Shown here one piece after another: positions 51,689-64,000 of a stretch of DNA of 64,000 nt (position 1 is its first letter; each line of letters begins with the position of its first letter). The translations under genes and the position numbers were made by a program. The notes under the pieces were generated by a model. It was not told where the DNA came from. It searched no databases and was given only the letters and a program-made list of their open reading frames with translations. The DNA comes from Aplysia californica (lineage: Eukaryota). The stretch is from NCBI RefSeq assembly GCF_000002075.1, contig NW_004797685.1, positions 115,492 to 179,491 of the forward strand. Direction: 5' to 3'.

Positions 51689-53313
51689 GGCTGGTGGAAA
51701 GTTCGCGGTTCTATAATCGTCATCATCATCACCATCATCATCATCGTTATCATCATAATGTCATTTAGTGTTAAATGAACTGCATTCAATATCACTGTAT
51801 TCGTATCCTAACAAGAAAAAATACATACACACAATGTGGACTTTGTTACGTTTGTCCCAAATGGAAGTTCTAACGTACACTGATGATATGAGCGCATCAG
51901 TGTCCATGTTTGAATCATTTGCTACATCAAACTGTAGGCTTAAGTAGTTCCACTGCTTGGGTACAGCGGTAACGTGAAAACAAGGCCACAGACAGCTTTG
52001 GGCGACCTTGGAAAGAACGTAGTTTGGATTCCACGAGAAACGTCAGTGCCGCTCCTCACTGGCGCGTCCTCAATGACAGCAGGCAGCTTTATGTATGTGG
52101 GACGCAACGGTTTTCATTAGGGGATCCTTTTCATCTCATTGCCTCGGGCAGTGCGCTTACGTGAGCGTGAGTGAACGACTTTCTCTATGTGGTCGCCCTT
52201 AGCCTGGGCAAAAGTATCTGCGAACTTTGCTCGGTGGGTCAAGATGGTCTTTTCATGTGAATATTTGGAAAAGTTCTTTGAATTTGCTGAATGTTCTCCT
52301 TGCTGACAATTTGGGAACCGGGGAACTGACGAGCAGGATTCCTCTGAGTGACCCTCCTTACCACAGTGAGGGAAAACATAATTTCGCCCGCATTTTAGTT
52401 TTTTATGTCCGAAGTGCTGACAATTAAAGCAACACACCAGGTTTGGTATATACAATTTAACCTCGAGTTCTACGTGTTCAAGGGACAGTTTTGTCGAAGG
52501 TCTTGGACAATCAAAAACTAATGTCCAAATGTTGGTGTGGATTTCCTTTCCATCTTGCCACACTATGACAGAACGAGAGTGGGTGACACCTTCCGTACAG
52601 CAGTCCAGGTCACGCTTCTTTACAACATCCCTGGAAGTATTGAGACTCCTATGAGGCTCAACATTTACAGGGTTGCCCTCGAATGACCTACATTTCCGTA
52701 TCAAAAAGAAGTCGGCCACGTTGGCAAGATCCGCAAAGAAGTCACAAGACCCATGAGGGGAGACTTTCTTTGGTCTTGAGATGCTGCGTGCTCTAAATGC
52801 TTGACCTGTGGCAAAGACGCTTAGCAATGTTACTGTTTTTTGTTAGTTCAGCTGAGGAGATCACCAGGTAAGATGACCATCCTAGCGTCGTCCGTTTAGG
52901 TAGGTCCCAGACGCTCATATTTTCTCCCCTAAGTTTTTTTTTCGTTTAACCTGGCCAGGATTCGCACTCATTCCTCCTGAAAAATACTTGCTGGGAACTG
53001 GGGGGTGTGTTTTTCTTGGGGGGGGGGGGGGGGGGTATTTGTTATCCATAGGTTTTATCACATTTGTTCATCTCCAGGGGTCCCCACCCGCCACCACGTC
53101 CAAAAAGGGGACACCGCTCGGACCTGGTGTCAGGGCAACCCTGGAGGTATACTCCCAATCAGACGGCAAGAAATCTTGCCTTATAACGGAGATTGACCAA
53201 AGACCAGTTTTACGAACCGGTCATAACCGATTGAGTGTAGTAGGCCACTACACATATCTGTCTAGATCGAATCCAGGGCTAAAGTGGCATGTTGGTGAAG
53301 GAAATCACACCTT
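51025..53313 (-). mobile_element. Older I/Nimb-like LINE 5'UTR plus ORF1 remnant, downstream of gene 4
   Basis: ORF 52117-52827: VEPHRSLNTSR..YIPNLVCCFNCQHFGH..CGKEGH..PNCQQGEHSA; interrupted by simple repeats at ~51600-51900. Confidence 0.8.
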
Positions 53314-53717
53314 NNNNNNNNNNNNNNNNNNNNNNNNNNNNNNNNNNNNNNNNNNNNNNNNNNNNNNNNNNNNNNNNNNNNNNNNNNNNNNNNNNNNNNN
53401 NNNNNNNNNNNNNNNNNNNNNNNNNNNNNNNNNNNNNNNNNNNNNNNNNNNNNNNNNNNNNNNNNNNNNNNNNNNNNNNNNNNNNNNNNNNNNNNNNNNN
53501 NNNNNNNNNNNNNNNNNNNNNNNNNNNNNNNNNNNNNNNNNNNNNNNNNNNNNNNNNNNNNNNNNNNNNNNNNCAGTGGAACACCATACACATGTGCCAG
53601 CGTTAGGACAATAAACATATTATCTGATCTGATCTTAAATATGTATTTTATTTCTTCGTCAGTTATTAAAGAGAAAACATTTTCCTCTTTAGGTGAAAGG
53701 CTATTTTTCCTGCTGGT

Positions 53718-54520
53718 TCAAAAATGTTTTAAAAACACTGCTCGGTATTTCGAACTCATTTGCAGATACACAAATATGTTCACGCTAGAGTTGACAGTTT
53801 CTGTTAGGAATGATGAAGACCAAATGACAGAATAGAGATTCGGATAGGCGCCATCAACTCGGAAATCTGAGTCAAACAGCATATAGAAAAACAGGAGCGT
53901 AGAAGGTAAGGAACAGACGATGAAAATGACAGCAATGAAGGTCACCATTTTGACAACCTTTTGATCCTTGACCCCAACTCCTGCCGCTGCACGGTCACCC
54001 TTGACAGCAGTAGCCTGCCGCCATTTTGTTTTACTATTGAGTTTGACGACAAGCACGATGGTACAGCAGATGACGAAGACGAAAGAAAGCGTCGTAGTAA
54101 ATACGCCTTGGGTGAGATACGTAATGGCTTCCAGCAGTTCTCTCTCGGCCGTGTACGTAGTTTTTAATACAGTAGCATTCACCGTGAAATCGAAAACCCA
54201 CTCAAGTCTGTTTCCAAGGCAGAAGGGAATAAGTAAAATCGACATGGTGATGTAGATGGAGATAATGATTATCTTTGTTCTTACCGGTGTGATGATCGCC
54301 TTCACCTTCAGAGGAACAGCGATACACAAACATCGCTCGAAGGTGATAAAGGCGGTGATGAAAGTGGAGATTTTGACAAAGAGGTAACGAGGTATGGCTC
54401 CTGTAGGGAGCATGATATTCCTGGGGTCAAAGGGCAGCTCAGAGAGGTAGAACAGCGGGTTCACGCAGATGCTTATCCACATCATGGCCACCAGAGAGCA
54501 CAGGTCAGACACAGAGAGCC
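53718..54520 (-). CDS. Chemosensory-type GPCR gene 4, exon 2 (1-nt deletion shortens the C-tail)
   Basis: TTTCAG|GG acceptor; TM2-TM7 intact; ends FLKHF-TGA; adding one A near 53728 restores KTFLNQQEK-TAG at 53701, matching gene 3. Confidence 0.88.
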
Positions 54521-56242
54521 CTGAAATGATAAATAGTTTACGTGGTGGAAAAAATTAATACATAGTTATGTTCATTCCCTCCTTTTTTCAGTAAGTCACC
54601 ATTATCATCTGCGACAAACATTGACGATCATGGTTCTCCATTCATTCCCTTGCTCGGGTGTTTTACAAAAAGTTACCTTATCCTGATCTTTCCAAGTCAC
54701 CCATCTGTTTAGGCTCTCCAAGTAGGTTGCTCTGGGTCTACCCCTGCATCGCTTGCTTTCAATTTTGCAAGTGAGATATAAATGTTCAAGGACTTTAGAC
54801 TTTTATCCATCCAAGCGTCCTAAAAACTACATTTGCCTTTTCCTGATTGTTTTAACCAGCGAGAAGCCCACATAGGCTTCTTCAAGTACTGCCTTATTTG
54901 ATATCTCCCTACTCCAAGTTCTCAGCGGTCTCCTAAAAAAAACATGTCTATTGTTGCTTTTATTTCTTCCACTGTCTTCGCGATTGTCCAGCAGTCACAG
55001 CCGTAGAGAAGGGTTGACCATACAAAGTATTTCATAACATTTATTATGAAGTCATTGAGATGTTGGGCTCATTTAATTTGAAAGTATCTTTATAATGGTA
55101 ATTCTTTGTTTTGTTTCAGTGAAATGTTTGGTATCATATATTATATATTACATTTAACAATAGCCCTACACTTTCACTTTCCGTTACAACAATATCTAGA
55201 AGCGATTGAAGGTCTTTCTTCTGAATTTGCCTTTTTTATTTTGTTTAATTTCGCCATTCACTTTGAGACCTGGGCATTTTATATTTCTGAGGATAGTTTC
55301 ACTATATAGGTTAAAGAAGTGTGGGGACATAACACACTCCTTTTTTAATCTCCCTATGCAGGTATTTGTTGTATACTCAATCAATTATTACCGGAGCGGT
55401 CTGGTCCCTACTAATTCCTAATAATTCCTGTGGGAGACTCATAAGATGAAATAAGAAAAGATACATCTTTAATGTCCAGATCCTGGCACTTTGGTTTGNN
55501 NNNNNNNNNNNNNNNNNNNNNNNNNNNNNNNNNNNNNNNNNNNNNNNNNNNNNNNNNNNNNNNNNNNNNNNNNNNNNNNNNNNNNNNNNNNNNNNNNNNN
55601 NNNNNNNNNNNNNNNNNNNNNNNNNNNNNNNNNNNNNNNNNNNNNNNNNGTTTACAATCACATGCATAATATAAATGAGCAGCAATATAAATAATAATAA
55701 TCTTAAGCCAGATACACACCAATGTTATTCTGATGCCTGCTGTAAGATCGTATGAATACTTATACATGATGTTTAAAATGGAAGAATTTTGTTGGATGAC
55801 GGTAAAAATGACCTTCTCTATCTTTGTTTGGTACAGACCAGAAGCCTAGGTCTTTTACTTCCGACTGATATTTTTATTTGAGGAAACAAGGGATGTTTGT
55901 TGTCTAAAAAGATTGAATTATTTTTTTTTAGCGCAAGCTGATATGTAAAAACTCATCCAAGTAGGGAATGTAGATGCTGAAATTTTACATGCTTTCCGTA
56001 TTAATTGATTTAATTGTTCTTTATCTTGTTGCCTTGTGCTCATGGCCCATGCTGTTCATCAAAAATTGGTCATACTTTCCATGGTTGAATGAATGATAGA
56101 ATATGGACATCAATGTTTTATCAACTTTAAAACACATGAGCTTTCTTAGACAAAATAGTCTATAGTTCACTTTTTTATGCAAGAGAGAAGTGTGGACGCG
56201 CCAGTTGAGTTTGTTGTCTGTTGTAACACACTAATACTTATA

Positions 56243-56828
56243 CAGACTTCAACAAAAGTTAAGGGCCATTTGGAAACACTCTGTGTGGTTTTCTTTGGTC
56301 GACCTGCACTTTTGCGTTCTTGGACGGATCCAGTGGCGTGATGGTACAGTCTCAGGTGGACAATGACAGTGTGACACTGCAAGCCTTCTGGCAACTTCTC
56401 GGGCTCCAACTCCATCCTGCAGCCATGCAATAGATCTGGCATGATCAAAGTCTCTCAGCTATCATCTTGGAGGTATGTTGATGCGATACTGGATTTTGCG
56501 GAAACGGCGGCTTATATTGCCACTAAACTGAGCAAAGTTCGAGGCCGTACGTCTTATAAATACAAGAACCAGAAATTTTAACTGAGAAATGTCCGTGCTG
56601 TCGCACACAAGTCGATAAAAAACAGCAAATTTAGCTATAATTGCCCGAGGATTTCCGTGCTACACGTGGTGGTTTTGGTCCTTTAGGAAGCTTTGCAGTG
56701 CGCATTGGTAACCCATTAACACTTTCAGACTAAAATGTTGAAACATTCCTTGCTTTCTATTGTTCAGATTTATTTTTTTTAAATTAGGACTGTCTGTCAA
56801 GGTGGTCCTTAACTTTTGATGAAGTCTG
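56243..56828 (-). mobile_element. Internally deleted Tc1-family transposon in the gene 4 intron
   Basis: TIR CAGACTTCA(A/T)CAAAAGTTAAGG(G/A)CCA; TA flanks; transposase remnant ATGSVQERKSAGRPKKTT. Confidence 0.85.
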
Positions 56829-56849
56829 TATTAGTCTGACACTTGCTCG

Positions 56850-57400
56850 ATGTTTTCACATTTAATTTCTTGTGTCTACAGGAGCAGCTTTTTTATTTTT
56901 AATCAAAAAGTTCTTTAGTCTTTTTTACATTTAAAAGCACCTTACTTTCACACCCTTCAGAAAAGTTATGTACAAAATTCCGGTTAGCGGTTTCGTTATG
57001 GTCAGCCTGAATGAGCCCAATTATTAAGATTGAATCATCGACAAATTATTTCAACTTGATGTTACTGTTGCTTATTTGGCAGTCGTTCGTGTATAGTGGG
57101 AATAAAACTGGTGACAACACACGTCCTTGAGGGGCCCTTGTATTTGTTGTGAAGTATGTCGATGACGAATGTTTTAATTTTACATACTGGATTCTGTTGG
57201 TAAGAAAATTGCCTATCCTTGATTTTAAATTGATGATAACACCTATGTTTTCTAATTTCTTTAAAAGGATAGCTGGGTGGATAGTATTAAAAGCTGACCA
57301 AAAATCAACAAACAGGATCCTACAGTATACTCCTGTCTTGTCTAAGAGTCTATATGTTGTCAAGAAATAGTAAAATGGCGTCTTCCACACTTCTTCGATG
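56850..57400 (-). mobile_element. Rex1/Babar-like LINE RT fragment
   Basis: RILFVDFWSAFNTIHP..APQGRVLSPVLFPLYTNDC. Confidence 0.75.
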
Positions 57401-58887
57401 ACGATTTGCGAATTTTAGAGGGTCCTGGATGGGTTCTAAGTATGTTCGTAGTCTTTGTAGCGTTTCTCATTGGAGAACTAAAATAAACAGTAAACTTCAC
57501 AACATCCTTCTCAAAATTTGTCCACGAATATGGGCACACCTCCATGACACATAAATACCTCCTTCAGGGAGATGAGAAACCGTTCTGTGTCGGATGCGAC
57601 ACAGATTTCACTATTAGACACATTTTAACAGAATATCCAGACTTTGGAGAGACCCGAAGGAATTATTTTAAATGCAAAAAATTAGATCTATTCTCCGTCT
57701 TTGTTCCTGACAGAATTCTTGATTTTATAAAGGACACTGGTCTTAACAATAAACTGTAAATACCGTTTCTATAATACTATGATACGTTATTTTAAAACGA
57801 AGATTTTTCGTCAGATTTTTAACGTTTCAATCGAAATATTGACAAAAAAGCAAGCCGTGCTCTGAACTGTTGTGAATGCAACCAATTAGCGTTTCACACG
57901 CTCGTATGAATTTACGCAGTTGTCAGCATCGTAAAACTCTTACAAAACAAACAAGAACCTTTGTCTTCTTGCTTGGACGTTGTATCCGTATCAGCCCAGG
58001 TTGACCTCGACAGGCAGGGTCAAAGCAGTCTGCCTCCTAAATTATCTTAACTGCGTGGACGAAGGCGCATGGTATCTACAATTACATACAATTACATTAC
58101 TATTGTTGACTTTTTCAACAGAACACCTATTTTGCCACAAAGCATATCAAAACAAAAATTGCAATATCCTCCGTAAAGACAGGGAAAACGTTGTTGTCAG
58201 AAGTTGAACAAAGGAGAGTGCCTAGACTACAACGATTTTTGTTGTTGTTTTTTATGTTTGTTTGTTTGTTCTGTTTTTACGTATCACTGTGTCCTAACTT
58301 AAGCATATTTTTCCTCAATGATTGATGCTACACTTTTTTTTAAAAACTTTTCTTCATGAATTTATATAAAATACTATAAATCTCCGTCACGCGGTAAATG
58401 GGATGGTTCACAGCACTTCCCACTTCTCACACACATTTTGTACACGCATAATTATAGCTTACGTCACAGCTCACCAAAGACACTTTTTTGTGGCAACATT
58501 TGTTACAATAAATTAATTTTATAGTGAACACATTTCTGCTCTAAAAGTTCTCAAAACGCGTGTTTAATAAGCATAATGTCACAATTAGAAGAAAAAATGA
58601 TGGACTTGTTTGTAAGAACTATATTTCCCCAGCTGCAAACCTTTTAAAACATGTAGAAACTATCTACTTGGATTTTTATTAGTATTATCTATATAAGAAT
58701 TTTCTAGAATACAGCTAACAGGTGCATACGAAATTATTGATCTGTTAAGATAAATTGATACCGGTCATTGCGCAAAATCCACAGACTCTATGTTCGATAA
58801 TTTAGGAAATATTTGACAAATTGCGTCACGAATTTTTTACTACACTATAGTTGTAAGTAACAGTAGATTTGATTATTTTCATCTCAC

Positions 58888-59134
58888 CCATGAGGCTAAT
58901 GTTCATGCTGTCTTGAAAGCCTTGCTTGGCAAACACCACGATGTTGATGATGTTGGAGACCACGCCGAACAGACTGACGAGACCACAAAGGACCACCCCG
59001 TTGACCACTTGGACAATGTACCACTGCTCGTCGCTCACGATGTCATAATGTAAAGGAGAAGGCGACGCCGTTATAGGCACGCTGTCGTCGCGAGAGTCTG
59101 TCGAATTGTTTACCCACAGGTTTGAGAACGACAT
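58888..59134 (-). CDS. Chemosensory-type GPCR gene 4, exon 1; CDS join(59134..58888,54520..53718), 349 aa as assembled
   Basis: 247-nt exon with the same ATG and donor G|GTGAGA at 58888/58887. Confidence 0.9.
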
Positions 59135-60124
59135 TCTGGGTAGGAGAGACTCGACGATGGTTACTTTTGTGCCAAGCTACTCTCCTATTTCAGGGAGAGA
59201 CTTTGATTTATACGCTCAGCACACAGGATCAGGAAATCAAGACTTAATCAAAGACAAAGAACCATCATGTAGCATCGTTCTCTCTTTGTGCTCCTGCAAA
59301 ACGCTCAAACATTATAGCAGCTAATTTTGATTAAGATGTCGATTATACCAATAACGTTGCATAACAAGATGTATTAAATGTTATAATGAAGTTTATGTTA
59401 TATAATTATTTCTTAAAAGACAGGCTATGTATCCTTTTTTGTGTAATTGGATTTGTTCAGCTACACAGAAAATCAGTATAATAAAAGACAGCATTTGTAT
59501 ACTCCTAGTTCCCGCTGAAAGCAAACTCCCATAGCTTTACAATCTTTATATAATCACCCCATTATTTTAATTATTTTAGTAAACATTCAGCACAGAATGG
59601 TAAAGCTTTAAAATTTCACAGTCATCTTAGTGATTCAAAATACAACGTTTTGTTTCGTCTGGCTGTGCCTTTTTTTTTTATGCAACTATCATGAGTTGAC
59701 CTTTAGAAACCTGCAGATTGATGGACGAGTTAATTTTTTTTTGTCAGTAGATAAATCGACCAATAGTCATAATGGCAGACACTCGTCGATTTGAGCTCAT
59801 TTTTTCATTATAATTATTTGTCTAACAATGATATTTCCACTCGTGTAAACAGACTCTCGCGAGATAAATTTGTGAGAACTTGCTTTGTTGCACTGCTCTA
59901 ATTTTTTTTTTATTATGTGTTTTTACGACACATCGATGCCGTGTCTACTCGACTGTAGTAGTAAGACAGGTGTTAAAATGGCGCGAAGTAACAAAATTAA
60001 CAGTTGTTGTAAAAGATGGACTGTTTCATTGAAACGAATCACTTTTACTCTCCATTTGGAAAAAATAGCGGTACCTTACTTAGAATTCCGACTCTCATGA
60101 CATGTCTGGTAAAAGAGGCTATAT

Positions 60125-60360
60125 GTGAGGCGTGCTGACAAAATAAGTTACTTCTCATAATCCACAAATGGAGATATTAGCCCAAAATCAACACCAGGGC
60201 CAAATTTGCAGATTTTCTATATATGTCATATTCTTTAAGTAAAACATGCCTTATATTATTTCCTAGTTATAAATTGTAAAAACTTCACCTATAAGCGTGA
60301 TGTAACGATTTCCATAGGGCTCGAATCCGAGAAGTAACTCATTTAGTCAGCACCCTTCAC
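60125..60360. mobile_element. 236-bp MITE, family B
   Basis: Imperfect ~32-bp TIR GTGAGGCGTGCTGACAAAATAAGTTACTTCTC / GAGAAGTAACTCATTTAGTCAGCACCCTTCAC; ATAT flanks; empty site GGGCCATATTGTTT at ~30627. Confidence 0.85.
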
Positions 60361-62443
60361 ATATTGTTTAACTCTGTTCTAGATCTCTACAACAAAAAGT
60401 AAAACTCAGCATACAGGACAGCGGTGGTTCTATTGTCATAGCAGCGATCGTGTTTGTTTATTTATCTATTGTCTCCCTTGACACACAAGTATAAATGTAT
60501 ATTGATTGATTATGTCTTGCAACATCACACCCCCTTTCAACAGGGTTATAACTTCTGGTTATGACAGTAAAGTTTTAAAAATCAAGTGCTCCTGGCACAG
60601 GTATCATGTCTATCCGTTTCTCTAATGTAATTGAACACAATCGTTACAGAGCTCTGAAACAATCTCCACTAGTTCCTGCAATATGGACGGGAACTTCAAA
60701 CAACTTTGCTTTCTAATCACAGCTCCAAGCGGCTGTGTATACAACGTATACTTGATTGGAACAAATAAGACGTTAATCCAGAAAGGGATTAGAGGTTTTA
60801 AATGCTTGTACCTTTAAGAGAATAACTTTGGATTAATACACAACGTTAGAATCAAATAAAACTCGTAAGAGCAGAGACACGCCCACTCACATGTAAACAA
60901 ACTTTTTAGCCCCACAAAAATTGGCCGCCAACAAACTCAAACGTTTCCGTGTCACGTGAACTCGTACGGACTCTAGTTTAAAATGGAGTAACTCTATGGT
61001 TTTATGTTACAGGCTGTAAGATTTTGTTCTCTTGTTGACCAAAAATGATTATATAAAATTAATATCGCCAGAGTGCATGATGTTTGACCTTCCGATTCCC
61101 GCCGACAAAACAAGAAAAAGGAAGTAAAACCAAGGGAAGTTACTGTTGGAAAGTTTCACTAAGTCTTGACTGAAAAGTTGTTTAACTTGGTCTCATTTAA
61201 TTTTGAGAAACGCCTTATGGCCGCTGATATATACCGACGCGTATGGCTCACGTACTCATCTATAGATCTAGACCTTCTAATTTTTTGCATATTTCAAGAT
61301 TTATTGCCCCATTCCAGTAGAGCGTAAATATAAACGCCAATGACTTTCGGTTGAAGAAATGCACCAATCATTCATTTCATCGAAAGAGGGCCAAGCTAGT
61401 ATTGTCCCTACCGGTCAATATCAGTCATATGAAGGGAATTTCAAAACTGGGTTCATATTTTTTTTTTTAACTATCACCTTTTCCTTACAATTTAAAACAA
61501 GAATGAAGTAAATATGACCTTATTTGACGAAAATACAGAACTTTTAATTTTGCGAGGTGAGGAAACACGAAAAGGAGAAAATGGCCTCCGAAGTTGAGCA
61601 ACATAAATATTTTCATAGCTATGGGGGTCTTAGAATTTAGATAGAGACTTGAAATTTAGCAGTTATCTTGGCAATGCCACTACAAGGTAACATATATAAG
61701 TAAATAACAATTCATTTACAGAGAAAGAACTTATGGACAAAGCACAATTTTCACGAGAATGGACTTCACGTCAAATGCAAAAAAATATTAACATTATACT
61801 AGGTACCAAATACTATATTTTCAAAGTAGCTGTCTGTCAAATTCATCTGTTTCATATGAAAGGCCTATGTCTCCTGAGAATTTTGGTACCAGTACTTTTA
61901 CCTCTCAGTCAATGTTTAAGAGAATGGCTGCTGTTTCTATTTAACATATTATTATTATTGCTGAAGTCGCTAACTGTCTGCAACCCCATGATTGACGGAA
62001 AAATAAAAGAGTACCAAGTGCACCGACCATCTCTACATTAACAGAGTACAATCATTATAAATATGAATTGAAGCCTAATTTTTTCAAGACTGTGAGATCA
62101 TTGCAAATCAGTATTTTATTTGCCTCAAACACGATGATCTGTCTTTATTTCAATAAAAAGCCCGAGCGATGTCTCGGCCGGCGCCGCATCGGTCCCCCCG
62201 GCGAGCGAAACGGCTCTCTACTTAACTGTGGTATACTGAGTGCTCCCCGGAGCTTTGCGGAAGGATTAATGCAAAATGATTCCAAGCCGATGACTTTATT
62301 CTAATAGAAAAAGAACTGTTCTTTCTTTTGATCTTTTTTAGCTGGTATTTTACACATTTCGTGTTAACAATGATCTTTGACAACTTAGACGCTTTTTTTC
62401 CCAAAGTTTTCTATCCAAACGCCAAAGGCCACAAATAGCAATC

Positions 62444-62866
62444 GTGTCGACTTTAATTATGTCCGTGATAAATACTTTAAATGTAAAGATATTAAGACCC
62501 TTTTTAACATCATAGAACCTAGAAGAATTTTAAGTTTTATAAAAGAAATTGGACTGTTTAATAAAATGTGAAAATATATAGTTGTCGTTGTCGGTGTATA
62601 TATACATACGGTGTATATATACATACACTGAAATGTGTATTGTATATACAAATGTAAATAAGCCTTTTCCATATTTACAAAAAAATTTTTTTTATGTTTG
62701 TTCGTCCTTTTAGCATGATAGAAATAATGTGATCGTTTGCGGTTGCGAGCTCGGAAAGACTCTTTATTAAAAACACGTCTGATTTTGTAGCGGTGAAACC
62801 TGATGGCGCTTAAATGACCAAAATTGTTTCGATAGTGCCGTAAAACATCTACCCAATCAATCAAAA
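62444..62866 (+). mobile_element. 5'-truncated I/Nimb-like LINE 3' end
   Basis: ORF2 end RDKYFKCKDIKTLF..FIKEIGLFNKM-stop; perfect 13-bp TSD ACAAATAGCAATC at 62431-62443 and 62867-62879. Confidence 0.88.
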
Positions 62867-63268
62867 ACAAATAGCAATCACGGGAAACCACGCTCAAAGC
62901 TGTATAGTTGGCCGCCAACGAAAGGGCGGTATTTAATCATCAATCTTTCTGCAAAGCATTCGAATACAGGGAGTCAATTTTGAACGGGCCGACCGACCTC
63001 GCATTCCGATCGCGAGGGGCTTCCCTTTCCACGGCAGTTCTCTAGCTCCAAATAATCGGAAATACAAACAACTTCCACTATTGTAATGAAGAAAGTCTGG
63101 ATTTTTCAAAGCATTTGGTGTTTTATCTTTTTGCAAAAGAACAAAGAAACAGAGATCTGAATTAGCCTATTTTACCGAAACCACACCCTTGGAAGGCCGC
63201 CAGTCGGCCTACGTGCCGTGTTTACGCTACCTAATTATACGTTTGCTATAGCACCATAAACACACGAG

Positions 63269-63317
<49 letters not shown>

Positions 63318-64000
63318 ACATACAAACACACCACACACACGCACATAGACCGCCTCGGTGGCCTCTTGGTAAGGAGTCCCTTTTGAGAGCTCTAAAGGAA
63401 GGTGAATTAATCTTTTAAAAGCACTAAAACACAATAAAATTGAATTTTTAAAGTCAATCAAAGTGTAAAACTGAATGATCAACATACAATAACTGCTAGT
63501 AGGGCTCGCTCACACAGTCAGCTGTTTACGTAAACAGGCTTGAAGTGAGCTAGAAGTTACTATTGTTACTCCGTTTTACCTATCAGAGTTGTTTACAATT
63601 TTGACCAGTCGTGCCCGAAAAGGGGTCAAAATCTACAAATAGTTGCGAATGAAGAACGTTGAAGCAAAGATACTCCACTAGAGGAGAATCTTTGGTTGAA
63701 GCAAAGATGGCCATGAGGAAATGGTTCTAAAAATAATCTCACAGCTACACACTAGCAAGGTCCAAATTCCTTTACCTCGTCCCCCATGCTCACAACAAAC
63801 CACAGACACCTCCAAAATAAATTTTTTTAAATATATATCTATAGTCGATTACAGTTGTTTATTCTTATCTTAAATGAAGCAAACGACATCAAACTCTCTA
63901 TAGATTGAAAAAAAAAAAAATTCACGGAAAGTCACTTTTTTGTCTTTCGAGACTCGTAGCTGATAATAGCTCACTGCGTCGTACGACTGATATTAAGCGG

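Noticed and set aside
60380-62430. Unassigned sequence at the right end (also ~1400-2280, ~6790-7070, ~48300-48740) with a DNA-transposon-like look
   Set aside because: No paired TIRs, TSDs or protein motifs could be established by eye.
1-64000. CRISPR array or prokaryotic defence system
   Set aside because: Spliceosomal introns and metazoan TEs throughout; no repeat-spacer array or operon structure.

Overview
Eukaryotic, AT-rich, repeat-dense animal DNA from a gapped draft scaffold. The receptor type and TE content suggest a gastropod mollusc (inference). The core is a head-to-tail array of four paralogous two-exon rhodopsin-class 7TM receptor genes on the minus strand, resembling Aplysia-type chemosensory receptors (FERC in place of DRY, NSSVNIFVY in place of NPxxY). 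Each has a 247-nt exon 1, one phase-1 GT-AG intron of 3.3-8.8 kb and an 803-821-nt exon 2. The rest is layered mobile DNA: a decayed two-LTR Ty3/Gypsy element in the gene 2 intron, RTE, L2/CR1, Rex1-like and I/Nimb-like LINE pieces, a Sola1-like DNA transposon remnant, ATAT-flanked MITEs, Tc1/mariner derivatives, a tRNA-derived SINE and microsatellites. Most interesting: (1) a ~300-nt 5'UTR region shared by two divergent I/Nimb-like LINE families, with helices that show compensatory base changes (candidate structured RNA); (2) patchwork sequence exchange among the receptor paralogs, with variation concentrated at predicted pocket positions; (3) shared and private TE insertions that order the duplications. 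All comparisons were made by eye.
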